Shown here: in pieces, positions 9,206 to 18,345 of the stretch
Position numbering within the stretch: the stretch's first letter is position 1
Layout of the letters: each line of letters begins with the position of its first letter
Position numbers and translations under genes: made by a program
Notes under the pieces: generated by a model
What the model saw: the letters and a program-made list of their open reading frames with translations, nothing else
What the model was told of the DNA's origin: nothing
The model's database searches: none
NCBI GenBank assembly: GCA_027345565.1
Contig: DAHWIF010000011.1
Coordinates: forward strand, 51,295-115,294
DNA: 64,000 nucleotides
DNA from: Candidatus Micrarchaeota archaeon
GTDB lineage: Archaea > Micrarchaeota > Micrarchaeia > Micrarchaeales > Micrarchaeaceae
Direction: 5' to 3'

Positions 9206-10183
9206 CTACACATTTAGGATCCCATCAACAGAGAGAGGCGTGAACCTGAACTCGTTGAATCTCGCTTTTGCGTCCTCTATGGCGATTTTTGTGATTTCCG
9301 ATGCGCGCTCTCGTAAATTCCAAGGTATAATGTATGTATTGGTGGGCTGCTCCTTATCCGTTCTTAACCTCTCTTGAAACACGGCCCCATCTGGCATTTT
9401 CTCCATAGCAATCGTTTGCGCAAGAACGCTGCAGTCTCCCAATGCCTTTGCCCGAATCCTCCTGCTAACTCCTGCTTCTTTCAAGACCACCGCTGCCGTT
9501 GCTCTCAATTTTAGTGACCTCTTCACGGCTTCGATAGGATCCTGCACCTCTACGACTACCTCTCTCGAGGCTAGATCGTAGTTGTCTCCTGCGATCTCAA
9601 GGAGCTCCCTGCGTGCTCCGGTATGCTTCCTTATTTCACCGTATTCGCTTATTACAACAATGTCGTTTTTGTGGTCCAATATCCCCTGTAGGGTCACCTG
9701 CACGAAGTTCCCTCCAGGTTTTAGAAATTCTGCAGCGACCTGTCGTTCTATCACGTCTAAGATTTTCGCTGCCCTTTCTAATGTATGCGCAGCCATCTCT
9801 GCACTTACGGCCGCTTCAAGATGCATTGCGTTTCCCTCTGCAGACTCGCATCTGTATTTCAATAATAGAGCCAGCTGGCCTACTGCGCTACCTACCTTAT
9901 AAAGGTCTACAACTCCTGGGAAATCCTCAGTTGCCGACACGAGTGAATCTACAGCTTTTAAAGTAGAAAAAACATTTTCCTCGAGTAATTGGTGGTCTGT
10001 CGCATTGTTGATTTCGGTTACCAGTGCAGATGCTCCGTGACCGAACAGGAGCTTTGAAAGCTCTGCTGTATCCGTGGTAACCGCAGTGCTATTGGCGTCT
10101 ATCAGCGCTGCGTTAATTCTATCGGTTAGGGCCCTTATCGACTGTGTGTCAAACTCCTGATACCTTTGGTTCGCTAGTCTCAT
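9206..10183 (-). CDS. Hypothetical protein (orphan, predicted helical)
   Basis: 325-aa ORF with GTGGT RBS-like and TATA-like elements; no recognisable motif; more AT-rich than its neighbours by eye. Confidence 0.7.
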   Translation of the reverse strand: MRLANQRYQEFDTQSIRALTDRINAALIDANSTAVTTDTAELSKLLFGHGASALVTEINNATDHQLLEENVFSTLKAVDSLVSATEDFPGVVDLYKVGSAVGQLALLLKYRCESAEGNAMHLEAAVSAEMAAHTLERAAKILDVIERQVAAEFLKPGGNFVQVTLQGILDHKNDIVVISEYGEIRKHTGARRELLEIAGDNYDLASREVVVEVQDPIEAVKRSLKLRATAAVVLKEAGVSRRIRAKALGDCSVLAQTIAMEKMPDGAVFQERLRTDKEQPTNTYIIPWNLRERASEITKIAIEDAKARFNEFRFTPLSVDGILNV

Positions 10184-10307
10184 TTAACCACTTTGCACGT
10201 GAGAGCCTTCGCTGGGCGAGATATTTATATGTTTCTTTTGGTTTTGCGCGGGGGTTTTATTCCGATTGTACATCAAGCTCTTTATATTAAATTGCTATAG
10301 ATATACG

Positions 10308-11258
10308 ATGGCAGCAGACGATGCGCTTGCATTCGCGTACAAATATCCATTTTCGGAAGAAGCTAAGGTCTTGATACGCTCCAGGGAAGCCGACCTACGA
10401 GGGTCGATGGATAAGTACCTTGCACTTGCTGAGAGAAGGCTCGAGGAAGCGTTCTCCAACGGCAAACTCGAGTACAAGGACATAGCGTACGGGAAGCTTG
10501 ACCATGTGATAAGCTACGTCTACGAGCGGATGCTGGTAAGTGCATTAGGCAACAGAGCTGCCGTCCTGAAGTTTGCAGCCGCAGAGGCGGCTAGATCTAG
10601 AGATGCACTGGACGTCAGCGGCAGCCGCGACCTGCTACGCCTATCAGAAGAGCTTGGCATTGCAATATCGCCCAGTAGCCTGAACGAGTATAAGGTAAGC
10701 TTCCTCGCCGTGCTGAGATACATGTCGTCCGTACCGGGCTTTTCGCTCTCGAACTTCAGGCTTCATGGAGGCGATGTAATAATGAGCAGGCGCGATGCTG
10801 CCGATCTCCTTGAGAGTGTGATCTTCAGGCGGATACTGCTAGGGCTTCCCATAAAACATAGCGACCTTCCGCAACAGGTGATAACCAGGTCTAAGACGAT
10901 AGTGCAGCCAATTGTAACAATAAAGCCAGTAGCTGGTGGAAACCGAGCATGGATAGACCGCCTCCTCGAGACACCCATACCCGATGTGCGCCATAGGGTA
11001 GTCAACCTTGTGCTTGCGCCATATCTGATTAACGTCAGGGGGATGACGGAAGACGACGCATTTAAGGTGATATCGTCTTATATAGAGCGGTGCAAGGCGC
11101 TTGACCCAAACACAAGGATAAACGACTCATACATAAGGTACCAATGCTCTTATGCGAGGAAGAAGGGGCTGCGCCCACTTTCACTGGTGCGCGCCAAGGA
11201 GCTGCTTGGTGATTATGTTGACTTCGACATGCCGAAAGAGAAGGTGGTAATGAAGTGA
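10308..11258 (+). CDS. priL: DNA primase large subunit (PriL N-domain plus PriX-like C-domain)
   Basis: N-terminal KYPFSEEAK and FAAAEA..LSNFRLHGGDV typical of PriL; C-terminal WIDRLLETPIPDVRHRVVNLVLAPYLINVRG resembles PriX. Confidence 0.8.
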   Translation: MAADDALAFAYKYPFSEEAKVLIRSREADLRGSMDKYLALAERRLEEAFSNGKLEYKDIAYGKLDHVISYVYERMLVSALGNRAAVLKFAAAEAARSRDALDVSGSRDLLRLSEELGIAISPSSLNEYKVSFLAVLRYMSSVPGFSLSNFRLHGGDVIMSRRDAADLLESVIFRRILLGLPIKHSDLPQQVITRSKTIVQPIVTIKPVAGGNRAWIDRLLETPIPDVRHRVVNLVLAPYLINVRGMTEDDAFKVISSYIERCKALDPNTRINDSYIRYQCSYARKKGLRPLSLVRAKELLGDYVDFDMPKEKVVMK

Positions 11259-11404
11259 AGGTTACGCTGTTGTGTGATATATGCGGGATGCTTGCAGAGA
11301 GCACATGCTCCCTATGCGGCAAAAAAGTATGCCGCAGACACTATAACAGGAGGGCAGGCATATGCAGCGCATGCATGCACGGGAGAAGATTCGCAAAAGG
11401 GTAA
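11255..11404 (+). CDS. Small zinc-finger protein (49 aa, not in ORF track)
   Basis: GTG overlapping the priL stop (GTGA); CDIC..CSLC..VCRRH..CSAC; AAGGTGG RBS. Confidence 0.75.
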   Translation: MKVTLLCDICGMLAESTCSLCGKKVCRRHYNRRAGICSACMHGRRFAKG

Positions 11405-11438
11405 TAACCTTTTGCACCGTAATATTACCAGTGAGGAT

Positions 11439-11654
11439 ATGCCTGAAATGAGCAACTGCGCGTATAACGTGCACAAACAACTAGTCAAGAGGCTGCAGTT
11501 CCTGTACCATGCTGACCGGTATATAAAAGAATCAACAGCAGATGGCCACTCAAAATGCGAAGCCATGTGGCATCAGATAGTGGAGAACGAGAAGAAGAAC
11601 GTGCGCCTGCTGCAAGAGGCGACAAAGAGGGATAGGGCGAACGAAGGCCTTTAG
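11439..11654 (+). CDS. Small helical protein, possibly ferritin-like half-domain
   Basis: GTGAGG RBS before ATG; YNVHKQL..YIKES..GHSKCEAMW..ENEKK two-helix pattern. Confidence 0.6.
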   Translation: MPEMSNCAYNVHKQLVKRLQFLYHADRYIKESTADGHSKCEAMWHQIVENEKKNVRLLQEATKRDRANEGL

Positions 11655-11689
11655 CTAAGATATATAAATCTTGGATTGTATATCATATC

Positions 11690-11802
11690 GTCAAACGGTA
11701 ATAGGATCGGGGAAACGCCCAAACCCATTCCGAACTTGGAAGCTAAGTCCGATCACGACACATGTGTACTGCCTACGGCGGGAAAGTGTGTTGCTGTTTG
11801 GC
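11690..11802 (+). rRNA. rrf: 5S rRNA (stand-alone)
   Basis: Terminal helix GTCAAACGG/CTGTTTGGC, CCCATTCCGAAC loop C, GAAGCTAAG, GTACT..GGGAA; upstream TATATAAA and downstream T-tract. Confidence 0.9.
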
Positions 11803-11819
11803 ACTTTCTTTTTGGTGTG

Positions 11820-12131
11820 ATGTTGGAAGGTAGGAGGGCTCTGATTAACAGCATAGCTAAAGAGCGTATCGAGATACTGTTCGACTTGGCGGAGAAAGCG
11901 CTGCCGAAAGACAAGAATCTCGCTGGGTCTTATTTGTCAATACTCAACAAGATAAGGACGCATTACAAGGTAAAGGTGCTGCCAAGAATCAAGAACAGGA
12001 TATGCGGCGGCTGTTTGTCGTTGCTCATTCCGGGCCTAAATTGCAGAACGATGATCGTGAGCTCTGGCGGCTACATTATCTACAGATGCTCGGCTTGCGG
12101 CATAGATAACCGAATCCGCTACAGGACCTAA
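11820..12131 (+). CDS. rnp4: Ribonuclease P protein component 4 (Rpp21)
   Basis: IAKERIEILF, ICGGCLSLLIPG and CSACG..RIRY; the ORF-track N-terminus overlaps the 5S rRNA and is spurious. Confidence 0.85.
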   Translation: MLEGRRALINSIAKERIEILFDLAEKALPKDKNLAGSYLSILNKIRTHYKVKVLPRIKNRICGGCLSLLIPGLNCRTMIVSSGGYIIYRCSACGIDNRIRYRT

Positions 12132-12206
12132 TGGGCCCGGTGAGATTTGAACTCACGACCTACGGCTTATAAGACCGTCGCTCTAACCAGGCTGAGCTAC
12201 GAGCCC
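12132..12206 (-). tRNA. tRNA-Ile(TAT)
   Basis: GGGCTCG/CGGGCCC acceptor, ACGGT-CTTATAA-GCCGT anticodon arm, GTGAG-TTCAAAT-CTCAC T arm, discriminator A. Confidence 0.92.
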
Positions 12207-12242
12207 CGATTTGATTTAAACATTGGAATATTAAAAGTTGTG

Positions 12243-15200
12243 TCAGCCAGGCATCGTGTAGTTGTTGCTGACGTATGAGGGCTTCGGCGTCTTCGGTGGC
12301 AACGCCCCCGTGAAGTTGTCCAGTTCGTATATCCTTACACCGTATGTGCCATTGACGAAGTTTATTCCTGTTGCGTTCGCAGGGTATACTTGGGTGAATC
12401 CTGGCAGATCGCCGAGTATGAAGCCTTTGTAGTAGTTGGAGCCGTAGAATGACGATGGTGCATCGGTTATCGTGTCGTTCGGCCCATTTGGCAGGTATAT
12501 CATCAGGTATTCCACGAACGGTATGCCGCTTACCGTTATGACACCTTCATAGGAAGCGGATTGTATCACCGCATTAAGCTTGCCGCCCGATTGGTTGAAT
12601 ATGCTGAGCACCCCTTTTGCATTGGGGACAGAGTCGACGCATACGGTTTCATTCGAGAGAGACATCCCTTGAACTATGTATGAAGCTATCAGTGGCGTTG
12701 TGCTATTTGATATCTTGCAGTAGTAGGATATGCTCTGCACCGAGGAATTCGTCGGTATCAGCGCGGGCAACGGCACCAATACGAATTGCGGGTCATGCGC
12801 TATCTCGCATGGTGAAGTACCTAGCACGTATGGGACTGGTGGGCTTTGCGCCTTGCCCTGCGCTATCGCGTAGGCTTTCGATGTCGCATTGATGTCTACG
12901 CATGCAAGGAAATCGAGAGCCTGCCATTTCGGTATCAGGTCCTGGTCCATCAGCACGTACTTTGTCTGGTTTCCATTCATGAATGACGCCAATGACTGCG
13001 GTCCATACCCGTCTGAAGACCCAAGCACATAGTGTGCCGCAGTGGCATAGTCCTCTGTGGGGGCAGAGTTGTCTCCTCTCAGCACAGCCGGCGAGTTTCC
13101 GAACCAGTTTATCCAGTCTCCGTAGTCCCACCATGCGAGCACTCTGTAACCGAAAGGCCCGACGTTATCCTTTATCCACGCCATAGCGTTGAGCCAGTAC
13201 GCCGGCACAAGGTTGCAGAACATGTCGTCAGCGATGGAGTTCACGTGGTTAGCTATTATCGAACATGCGTTAACGGGGTTTGTAGCGTAGGTGTACGCTC
13301 CGGTGAACGCCTGTATTATCGTACTGCTTTCCCCGAGCATTACTTGATGGTTTATGGCTACCGCAGCGATCTCTATTATTATGAATAGGAATAGGAGCCC
13401 GTAGAGATAGCTCCTGCTTCCGCTTGGCTTTATCAGGAATATGATGGCCAAAAGCATGATTATCGCGAGGACTGTGGAGATGAAGAAAAGGCCGATTGCA
13501 AGCACAGCGTAGACTACGTTCGCATGCTTCTGGATCGCATTTTTCAGCTCGTTCATAGACCCTGCGGCTACAGCTAATTTCGCATATTTCTTTATGCTGA
13601 AATCATTGTCAGCAAGAAGTAGTATCTCGCCGATTATTATGCAGAAGAGCATTATGAAAGCTACGCCGAAGTGCGGCAGGTATTTCACCTCCGAGAAGCC
13701 GGCGACCATCAGCGGCAGCGCTATGGCGGCGTATAGTATACCGGTCTTGCTGTTCCTGAAAGCTATGCTTACGATTATCAGCAGGAGCGCCACGGCGGAT
13801 ATAACCCACACCAGGATCGGTATTCCTCCTATGCTAGAGCCTATCAGGCCAAACCCTGCTGTGCCGAAGTTGTAGAGCAACCCAGTCGGTATATACTCTT
13901 CTACTGTCATGAATAGGGGTATAGAGGGGGTTGTGTAGTGCGCACTAAGGTTGATGTAACCCTTGAACGGCTTGCCAAGCGGTGTGAAGAACACGGCTAT
14001 TATCGCGATAGTGAAAATAAAGCCTATCCATACAATTCTTGTGAGGGTATGGGGATCGTACCTTCCATGCCTCCTTGCATAGGCGTAGATTAGGTATATC
14101 CACGCGAGGACATTGCCGAGCACCACTGCGGCTATGATGCCGAGCCCTCCAAGCCTTTCCTTGAAGGAGAGCTTGCTCTTTACCAGCCATCTGCTGCAAT
14201 AATCCAGCACTGCTACAGTAACAATTGCTATTATCGGGAATGCGATGGTGGTCGGCACGCCTGCAATCTTCGGTATCGCAGATGTTATCGATGTGCTATA
14301 TGCGTTATATGCAACAAGGAATATCCCTATCACGACTATGATGATTATGTTCATCTTGTAGAAGTACTTCGATATATCTCCCCGTATCACGCTTATGGTG
14401 CCCTGCAGCAGTATGTATGCAGCGAAGACGCCTGCATCCACTGTATAGTAGTGCGCGCCGAGGAATGTGGATGCAAACGCCACACCTGCGAGTATCGCTA
14501 ACCTCGAGTTCTTCATGTCCCTTATGGCCAAAACATACATTGCGAAGAAGAAGAACAGCGAGAATATGCCCCATGGTTCAAGCAGCTGCTCGCCAGCCAC
14601 GAAGGTCGTGAATATGACGGGCATCGATGCGGTCAGCGACGCCCCTATCAGCCCAACATACTTTCCGTATTCCCTGTAAAGCAGCACAAACACAGTGAAC
14701 ACGAGCAGCGCCGCAACCATTGGTGGGTACACCGACCCGACATAGCTCATGAGATTTGTACTGAAAGTGGTGCTGTTCTTTGGCCCGAAGTAGTTTGCCA
14801 GGCTATACCAATAGGCTTCGAGATACGGGACTAGCGGCTGTATCCTCATCACCGAGCCGCTCGCCTCTATCGGCCACGCGGCGTGAGATGTGTAAAACTG
14901 CTGGCCGTAAACAAGTATGGATTGCGCAGCCATCATGTCATAATACGGATCGAACTCGTAGAACTGCGGCGACGGCCCTATGCCGAATATCCTTGTGGCG
15001 AACGTAAGCAACATTATGGCGAGCAGCAGGATCCACGGCCATGCGGTCTTGATGTTAAATGAAGATTTTGCTGGGCCCTCCGGCTTGCTAAGCCTGTTCA
15101 GGAGCATCTCCTCCTCGCGCTCGTGCTGCTCAATTAGCTTTTGCTCCTCTTGCGCATGCAGCTCGGCTAGTTTTGCCCTATCTCTCTCATCGAGCTTGCC

Positions 15201-15695
15201 GGCGAGTCCCTGCTCCTCTTTGTGCTTCCTGGCAAGCGCACCCTCCTCTGCTTTATGCGCCTCTATTATGCTCCTGGCGCTGTCGAAATACGAAAGCCTT
15301 GTGCGTATCTCGTCTAGGGACCTTTTCGATGCCTTCTGCATCTCGTTTATCTTCGCCTCCTCCTTGCTTATCGCCTGGCTTCTCGTCATGCCCGACAGGC
15401 TGAATCCACTGAATACCCCTTGTTGGAAACACAGTATCACGCCAGCTACCGTAAGGACAAGCGCATTGATCTCGAAAAGCCCGAGAGAGAATATGAAGGC
15501 TGTTGAATATGGTATCAGGAAAGATTCGACCCATGTGAGCGCTGCGGGGGCTATGAGCCCGAATATGAAGCCTATGACCACGATCTCGAAAAGATGCAGG
15601 TCTGTCCGCTTGTAGAGCAAGGCCAGGGCAAGCAGCAGCCCTGGCACGAACATGGATATGAACGCGACCAGGCTAGTTGCTATTATTCCCCCCAT
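12243..15695 (-). CDS. aglB: Oligosaccharyltransferase AglB (STT3) with long N-terminal extension
   Basis: EFDPY, TVEE, WWDYG and DLIPK motifs; many TM helices. Confidence 0.92.
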   Translation of the reverse strand: MGGIIATSLVAFISMFVPGLLLALALLYKRTDLHLFEIVVIGFIFGLIAPAALTWVESFLIPYSTAFIFSLGLFEINALVLTVAGVILCFQQGVFSGFSLSGMTRSQAISKEEAKINEMQKASKRSLDEIRTRLSYFDSARSIIEAHKAEEGALARKHKEEQGLAGKLDERDRAKLAELHAQEEQKLIEQHEREEEMLLNRLSKPEGPAKSSFNIKTAWPWILLLAIMLLTFATRIFGIGPSPQFYEFDPYYDMMAAQSILVYGQQFYTSHAAWPIEASGSVMRIQPLVPYLEAYWYSLANYFGPKNSTTFSTNLMSYVGSVYPPMVAALLVFTVFVLLYREYGKYVGLIGASLTASMPVIFTTFVAGEQLLEPWGIFSLFFFFAMYVLAIRDMKNSRLAILAGVAFASTFLGAHYYTVDAGVFAAYILLQGTISVIRGDISKYFYKMNIIIIVVIGIFLVAYNAYSTSITSAIPKIAGVPTTIAFPIIAIVTVAVLDYCSRWLVKSKLSFKERLGGLGIIAAVVLGNVLAWIYLIYAYARRHGRYDPHTLTRIVWIGFIFTIAIIAVFFTPLGKPFKGYINLSAHYTTPSIPLFMTVEEYIPTGLLYNFGTAGFGLIGSSIGGIPILVWVISAVALLLIIVSIAFRNSKTGILYAAIALPLMVAGFSEVKYLPHFGVAFIMLFCIIIGEILLLADNDFSIKKYAKLAVAAGSMNELKNAIQKHANVVYAVLAIGLFFISTVLAIIMLLAIIFLIKPSGSRSYLYGLLFLFIIIEIAAVAINHQVMLGESSTIIQAFTGAYTYATNPVNACSIIANHVNSIADDMFCNLVPAYWLNAMAWIKDNVGPFGYRVLAWWDYGDWINWFGNSPAVLRGDNSAPTEDYATAAHYVLGSSDGYGPQSLASFMNGNQTKYVLMDQDLIPKWQALDFLACVDINATSKAYAIAQGKAQSPPVPYVLGTSPCEIAHDPQFVLVPLPALIPTNSSVQSISYYCKISNSTTPLIASYIVQGMSLSNETVCVDSVPNAKGVLSIFNQSGGKLNAVIQSASYEGVITVSGIPFVEYLMIYLPNGPNDTITDAPSSFYGSNYYKGFILGDLPGFTQVYPANATGINFVNGTYGVRIYELDNFTGALPPKTPKPSYVSNNYTMPG

Positions 15696-15721
15696 CGAAC
15701 CAATCTTCGCTCATATCCCAT

Positions 15722-16345
15722 TTAACTGTTTAGTATTGACTTAGGCACCTCTATGGGTTTCATCGTAACCCCAGGAAAGACGGTGCCTGGCGGGACTATC
15801 CGCACCTTCACGCCTATCGCGCCGTATTTTGGATATGCGGTGGCGTGCGCCTCCCTGACCATGTTTGTCACGTCTCCCGCCTTTGGCATGTAGCCTACGC
15901 TCTTCCTTATCGTTTTTGCCCTGGCGCCCTTAGCGGCGAGCTTCCCGCTTGCTATTATCTCTGCGCCTATCGCTCCGTTGTCCAGTATGGACTTGAGCAT
16001 CGATTGGATGACCCGCCTTGCGTTTATGCCGCGCTCGAATTTCTCCGCTATCTCCCTCGCTACGAGCATCGGCTCCAACATCTTGTTCTCGACCTCCATG
16101 ACATTTATCTGGGGGTTGTCGACCCTGAACATGTTCTTTATGTTCTCGGTAAGCGTGTCTATCGTCTTGCCTGCCCTGCCTATCACCCTGCCTGGGCTCA
16201 ACACATACACAGTTATCCTCGTCAGCACGGGTGTCTTCTGTATTTCTACCCTGGAAAAGCCCGCCCTGATCAGTTCCCTGCTCAGGTACTTTGATATGTT
16301 GTTCTTGATTATAGCATCGTCTATGAATCTTCTTTCTATCGCCAT
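15722..16345 (-). CDS. rps3: 30S ribosomal protein S3
   Basis: PGRVIGRAGKTI, GAEIIASGKL and GAIGVKVRI. Confidence 0.95.
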   Translation of the reverse strand: MAIERRFIDDAIIKNNISKYLSRELIRAGFSRVEIQKTPVLTRITVYVLSPGRVIGRAGKTIDTLTENIKNMFRVDNPQINVMEVENKMLEPMLVAREIAEKFERGINARRVIQSMLKSILDNGAIGAEIIASGKLAAKGARAKTIRKSVGYMPKAGDVTNMVREAHATAYPKYGAIGVKVRIVPPGTVFPGVTMKPIEVPKSILNS

Positions 16346-16347
16346 GA

Positions 16348-16980
16348 TCACGCCTTCGTCTGTTGTGCCTCCTGTTTTGCCTCTGCCTTCTGCCTTTTCT
16401 GCTTTACCTGCTTAGTGTCCTTAACCTTTTGTACTGGCATCTCTTTGAACCTTTTCTTTTCTTTCGATATCGCGGCTGCCATCCTGCCGCTAAGCCCTTC
16501 CTCTTCGCCATATCCGAGCGCCAGCTCGACTCTCGCGAACTCCACGTCAGCCCTTCTTGCCGACCTCCTTCCCATGTTGTGACCTAGCCACAGCACTCCT
16601 TTTGGCGCCGTCCTTTGCAGTATCATGGTTTTGTTCGCTGCCGCATGCACGACATACATCGACTGCGGGTCGTCGCCCTTGTTTTCGGCATTAGCCATCG
16701 CATTTACGAGGACCTTCCTAACAATGGCCGCGCATTTCTTCGGATACCTCCCCTTCCTGCCGCCGAGCTCGTGCCTGGATCCCATGTGGGCGTTGTGCCG
16801 CCTGTATAGCACAGGCATCCCTGCGGCTACCGAATCAAGCGTGGATAGTGCGCCTTTTGTGCTCTTGTACCTTATGGCGTCACACACTATACACAGGTCC
16901 TTGAAGCTCGCGTTTATGTCCTTCATGCTCGCGAAGACAAGACCGTCGCGCTTCCTGTTGAACGAGTACTCAGCCATCAT
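16348..16980 (-). CDS. rpl22: 50S ribosomal protein L22
   Basis: GRYPKK..VLVNAMANAENKG; charged C-terminal tail. Confidence 0.93.
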   Translation of the reverse strand: MMAEYSFNRKRDGLVFASMKDINASFKDLCIVCDAIRYKSTKGALSTLDSVAAGMPVLYRRHNAHMGSRHELGGRKGRYPKKCAAIVRKVLVNAMANAENKGDDPQSMYVVHAAANKTMILQRTAPKGVLWLGHNMGRRSARRADVEFARVELALGYGEEEGLSGRMAAAISKEKKRFKEMPVQKVKDTKQVKQKRQKAEAKQEAQQTKA

Positions 16981-17369
16981 TTCTCACCTATGAACTTGCT
17001 GCCTCTTGTCGCCTTTATTCCAGGGGCGGAGTGCACAACGCTCTTCGTTGTATACGCAAATTCGCCAAGCCTATGGCCCAGCATGTTCGCCGTTATCTGA
17101 ACCTTCTGGAACTCCTTTCCATTGTGCACCTCGAACATCAACCCTATCCATGATGGCAGTATCACAGCCTCGCGTACGTGCGTCCTAATCGGTTTGTTTT
17201 TGCCCTTTGTCTTGTAAAGCTGCACCTTTTCCATAAGCTTCTTGTACTCCATGCCTGCGCGCTTCATGCTCCTTCTCTGCCTGGCCTTTACCATCTGCAT
17301 GTACTGCTGGTCTCCCAGAGCACCAAGTTCCGATGGTAGCTTGCCCCTAAACGCTGGTCGTTCTGCCAT
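16977..17369 (-). CDS. rps19: 30S ribosomal protein S19
   Basis: IRTHVR, VHNGKEF, MLGHRLGEF and PGIKATRGS. Confidence 0.95.
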   Translation of the reverse strand: MAERPAFRGKLPSELGALGDQQYMQMVKARQRRSMKRAGMEYKKLMEKVQLYKTKGKNKPIRTHVREAVILPSWIGLMFEVHNGKEFQKVQITANMLGHRLGEFAYTTKSVVHSAPGIKATRGSKFIGEK

Positions 17370-17370
17370 A

Positions 17371-18084
17371 TCATCCCTTCTTTCTCCTTCCGGTCCTGCT
17401 TGCCGCTATGTGGCCGACCTTCCTTCCTGGAGGCGCATTCCTTGACGTCATGCTGCTCTTTCCTTTGTGATGTTGCTTTCCTCCGAACGGATGATCAACC
17501 GGGTTGCTCTTCACTCCACGTATTTTAGGCCACATCGTGTTTGTGGCGTGCATTATGTAGTGGCTCTTGCCTGCCTTGACAAGAGGCTGTTCGGTCATGC
17601 CGCCTCCTGCAACAGCGCCTAGCTGCGCCCTGCAATCGTCATTAAGGACGATGCTGGCTCTTGACGGAAGCGTTACATTGGTGGTGCCGCCGAGATGCGC
17701 GGTCACGTATGCGGTGCTGCCGGCGCTCCTCACTAGTTTGCCCCCGTCACCCGGGGTGGACTCTATGTTGTATACCGGCATGCCTTCTGGTATTTCTCCT
17801 AGCCTGTGCACGCTGCCCAACGTGAAAATCCCCTTGCCTATGTGTATCTTGTCATGCACCTTTATCCCTTCTGGTGCTATCAAGCTTGCGCTCGTGAAGT
17901 CATCGTATTCAACCTCCATGAGCGGCGCGGTGTGCCCAGTATGGTTGAACAGCCTTGTAACCTCGCCCTCCATGCTCGCTTTTGTGTTGTAAGGGTAATT
18001 TACACGGATGTCGAATGTGCCTGGTCTCTTTGTGTAGGCTTTTGACCCTTTCCCCCTTCTCTGCTGCCTCAATCTCTTTCCCAT
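17371..18084 (-). CDS. rpl2: 50S ribosomal protein L2
   Basis: MGKRLRQQRRG, NPVDHPFGG and PPGRKVGHIAA. Confidence 0.96.
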   Translation of the reverse strand: MGKRLRQQRRGKGSKAYTKRPGTFDIRVNYPYNTKASMEGEVTRLFNHTGHTAPLMEVEYDDFTSASLIAPEGIKVHDKIHIGKGIFTLGSVHRLGEIPEGMPVYNIESTPGDGGKLVRSAGSTAYVTAHLGGTTNVTLPSRASIVLNDDCRAQLGAVAGGGMTEQPLVKAGKSHYIMHATNTMWPKIRGVKSNPVDHPFGGKQHHKGKSSMTSRNAPPGRKVGHIAASRTGRRKKG

Positions 18085-18086
18085 TT

Positions 18087-18341
18087 CTACACCAGTTTCA
18101 ACCTCTTTGCTATGTCCTCTGCCTTGTATCCCTGTGCGACTGTCACAAATGCCTTCTTGCGGTTTGATGCGGTAGTCATGGTCCGTATGCCGCTGACCTT
18201 CACGCTGAATGTGGCTTCAAACTCCTTCTTTATCTGCTGTTTTGTTGCTCTGTAATCTACGACGTAAGCTATCACGTTGCTGCGCCCTATCTGGTTTATC
18301 GCCTTTTCTGTCGATAGCGGGTACCTGAGTATTCCAGTCAT
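18087..18341 (-). CDS. rpl23: 50S ribosomal protein L23
   Basis: PLSTEKA, ATKQQIK and KKAFV. Confidence 0.93.
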   Translation of the reverse strand: MTGILRYPLSTEKAINQIGRSNVIAYVVDYRATKQQIKKEFEATFSVKVSGIRTMTTASNRKKAFVTVAQGYKAEDIAKRLKLV

Positions 18342-18345
18342 ACCA

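Noticed and set aside
9090-10183. Integrated mobile element at tRNA-Pro
   Set aside because: The orphan lies 5' of the tRNA, and no integrase or duplicated tRNA 3' end (att site) was found
11676-11819. N-terminal extension of Rpp21 in the ORF track
   Set aside because: The region is the 5S rRNA gene; the real start follows the GGTG RBS at ~11820
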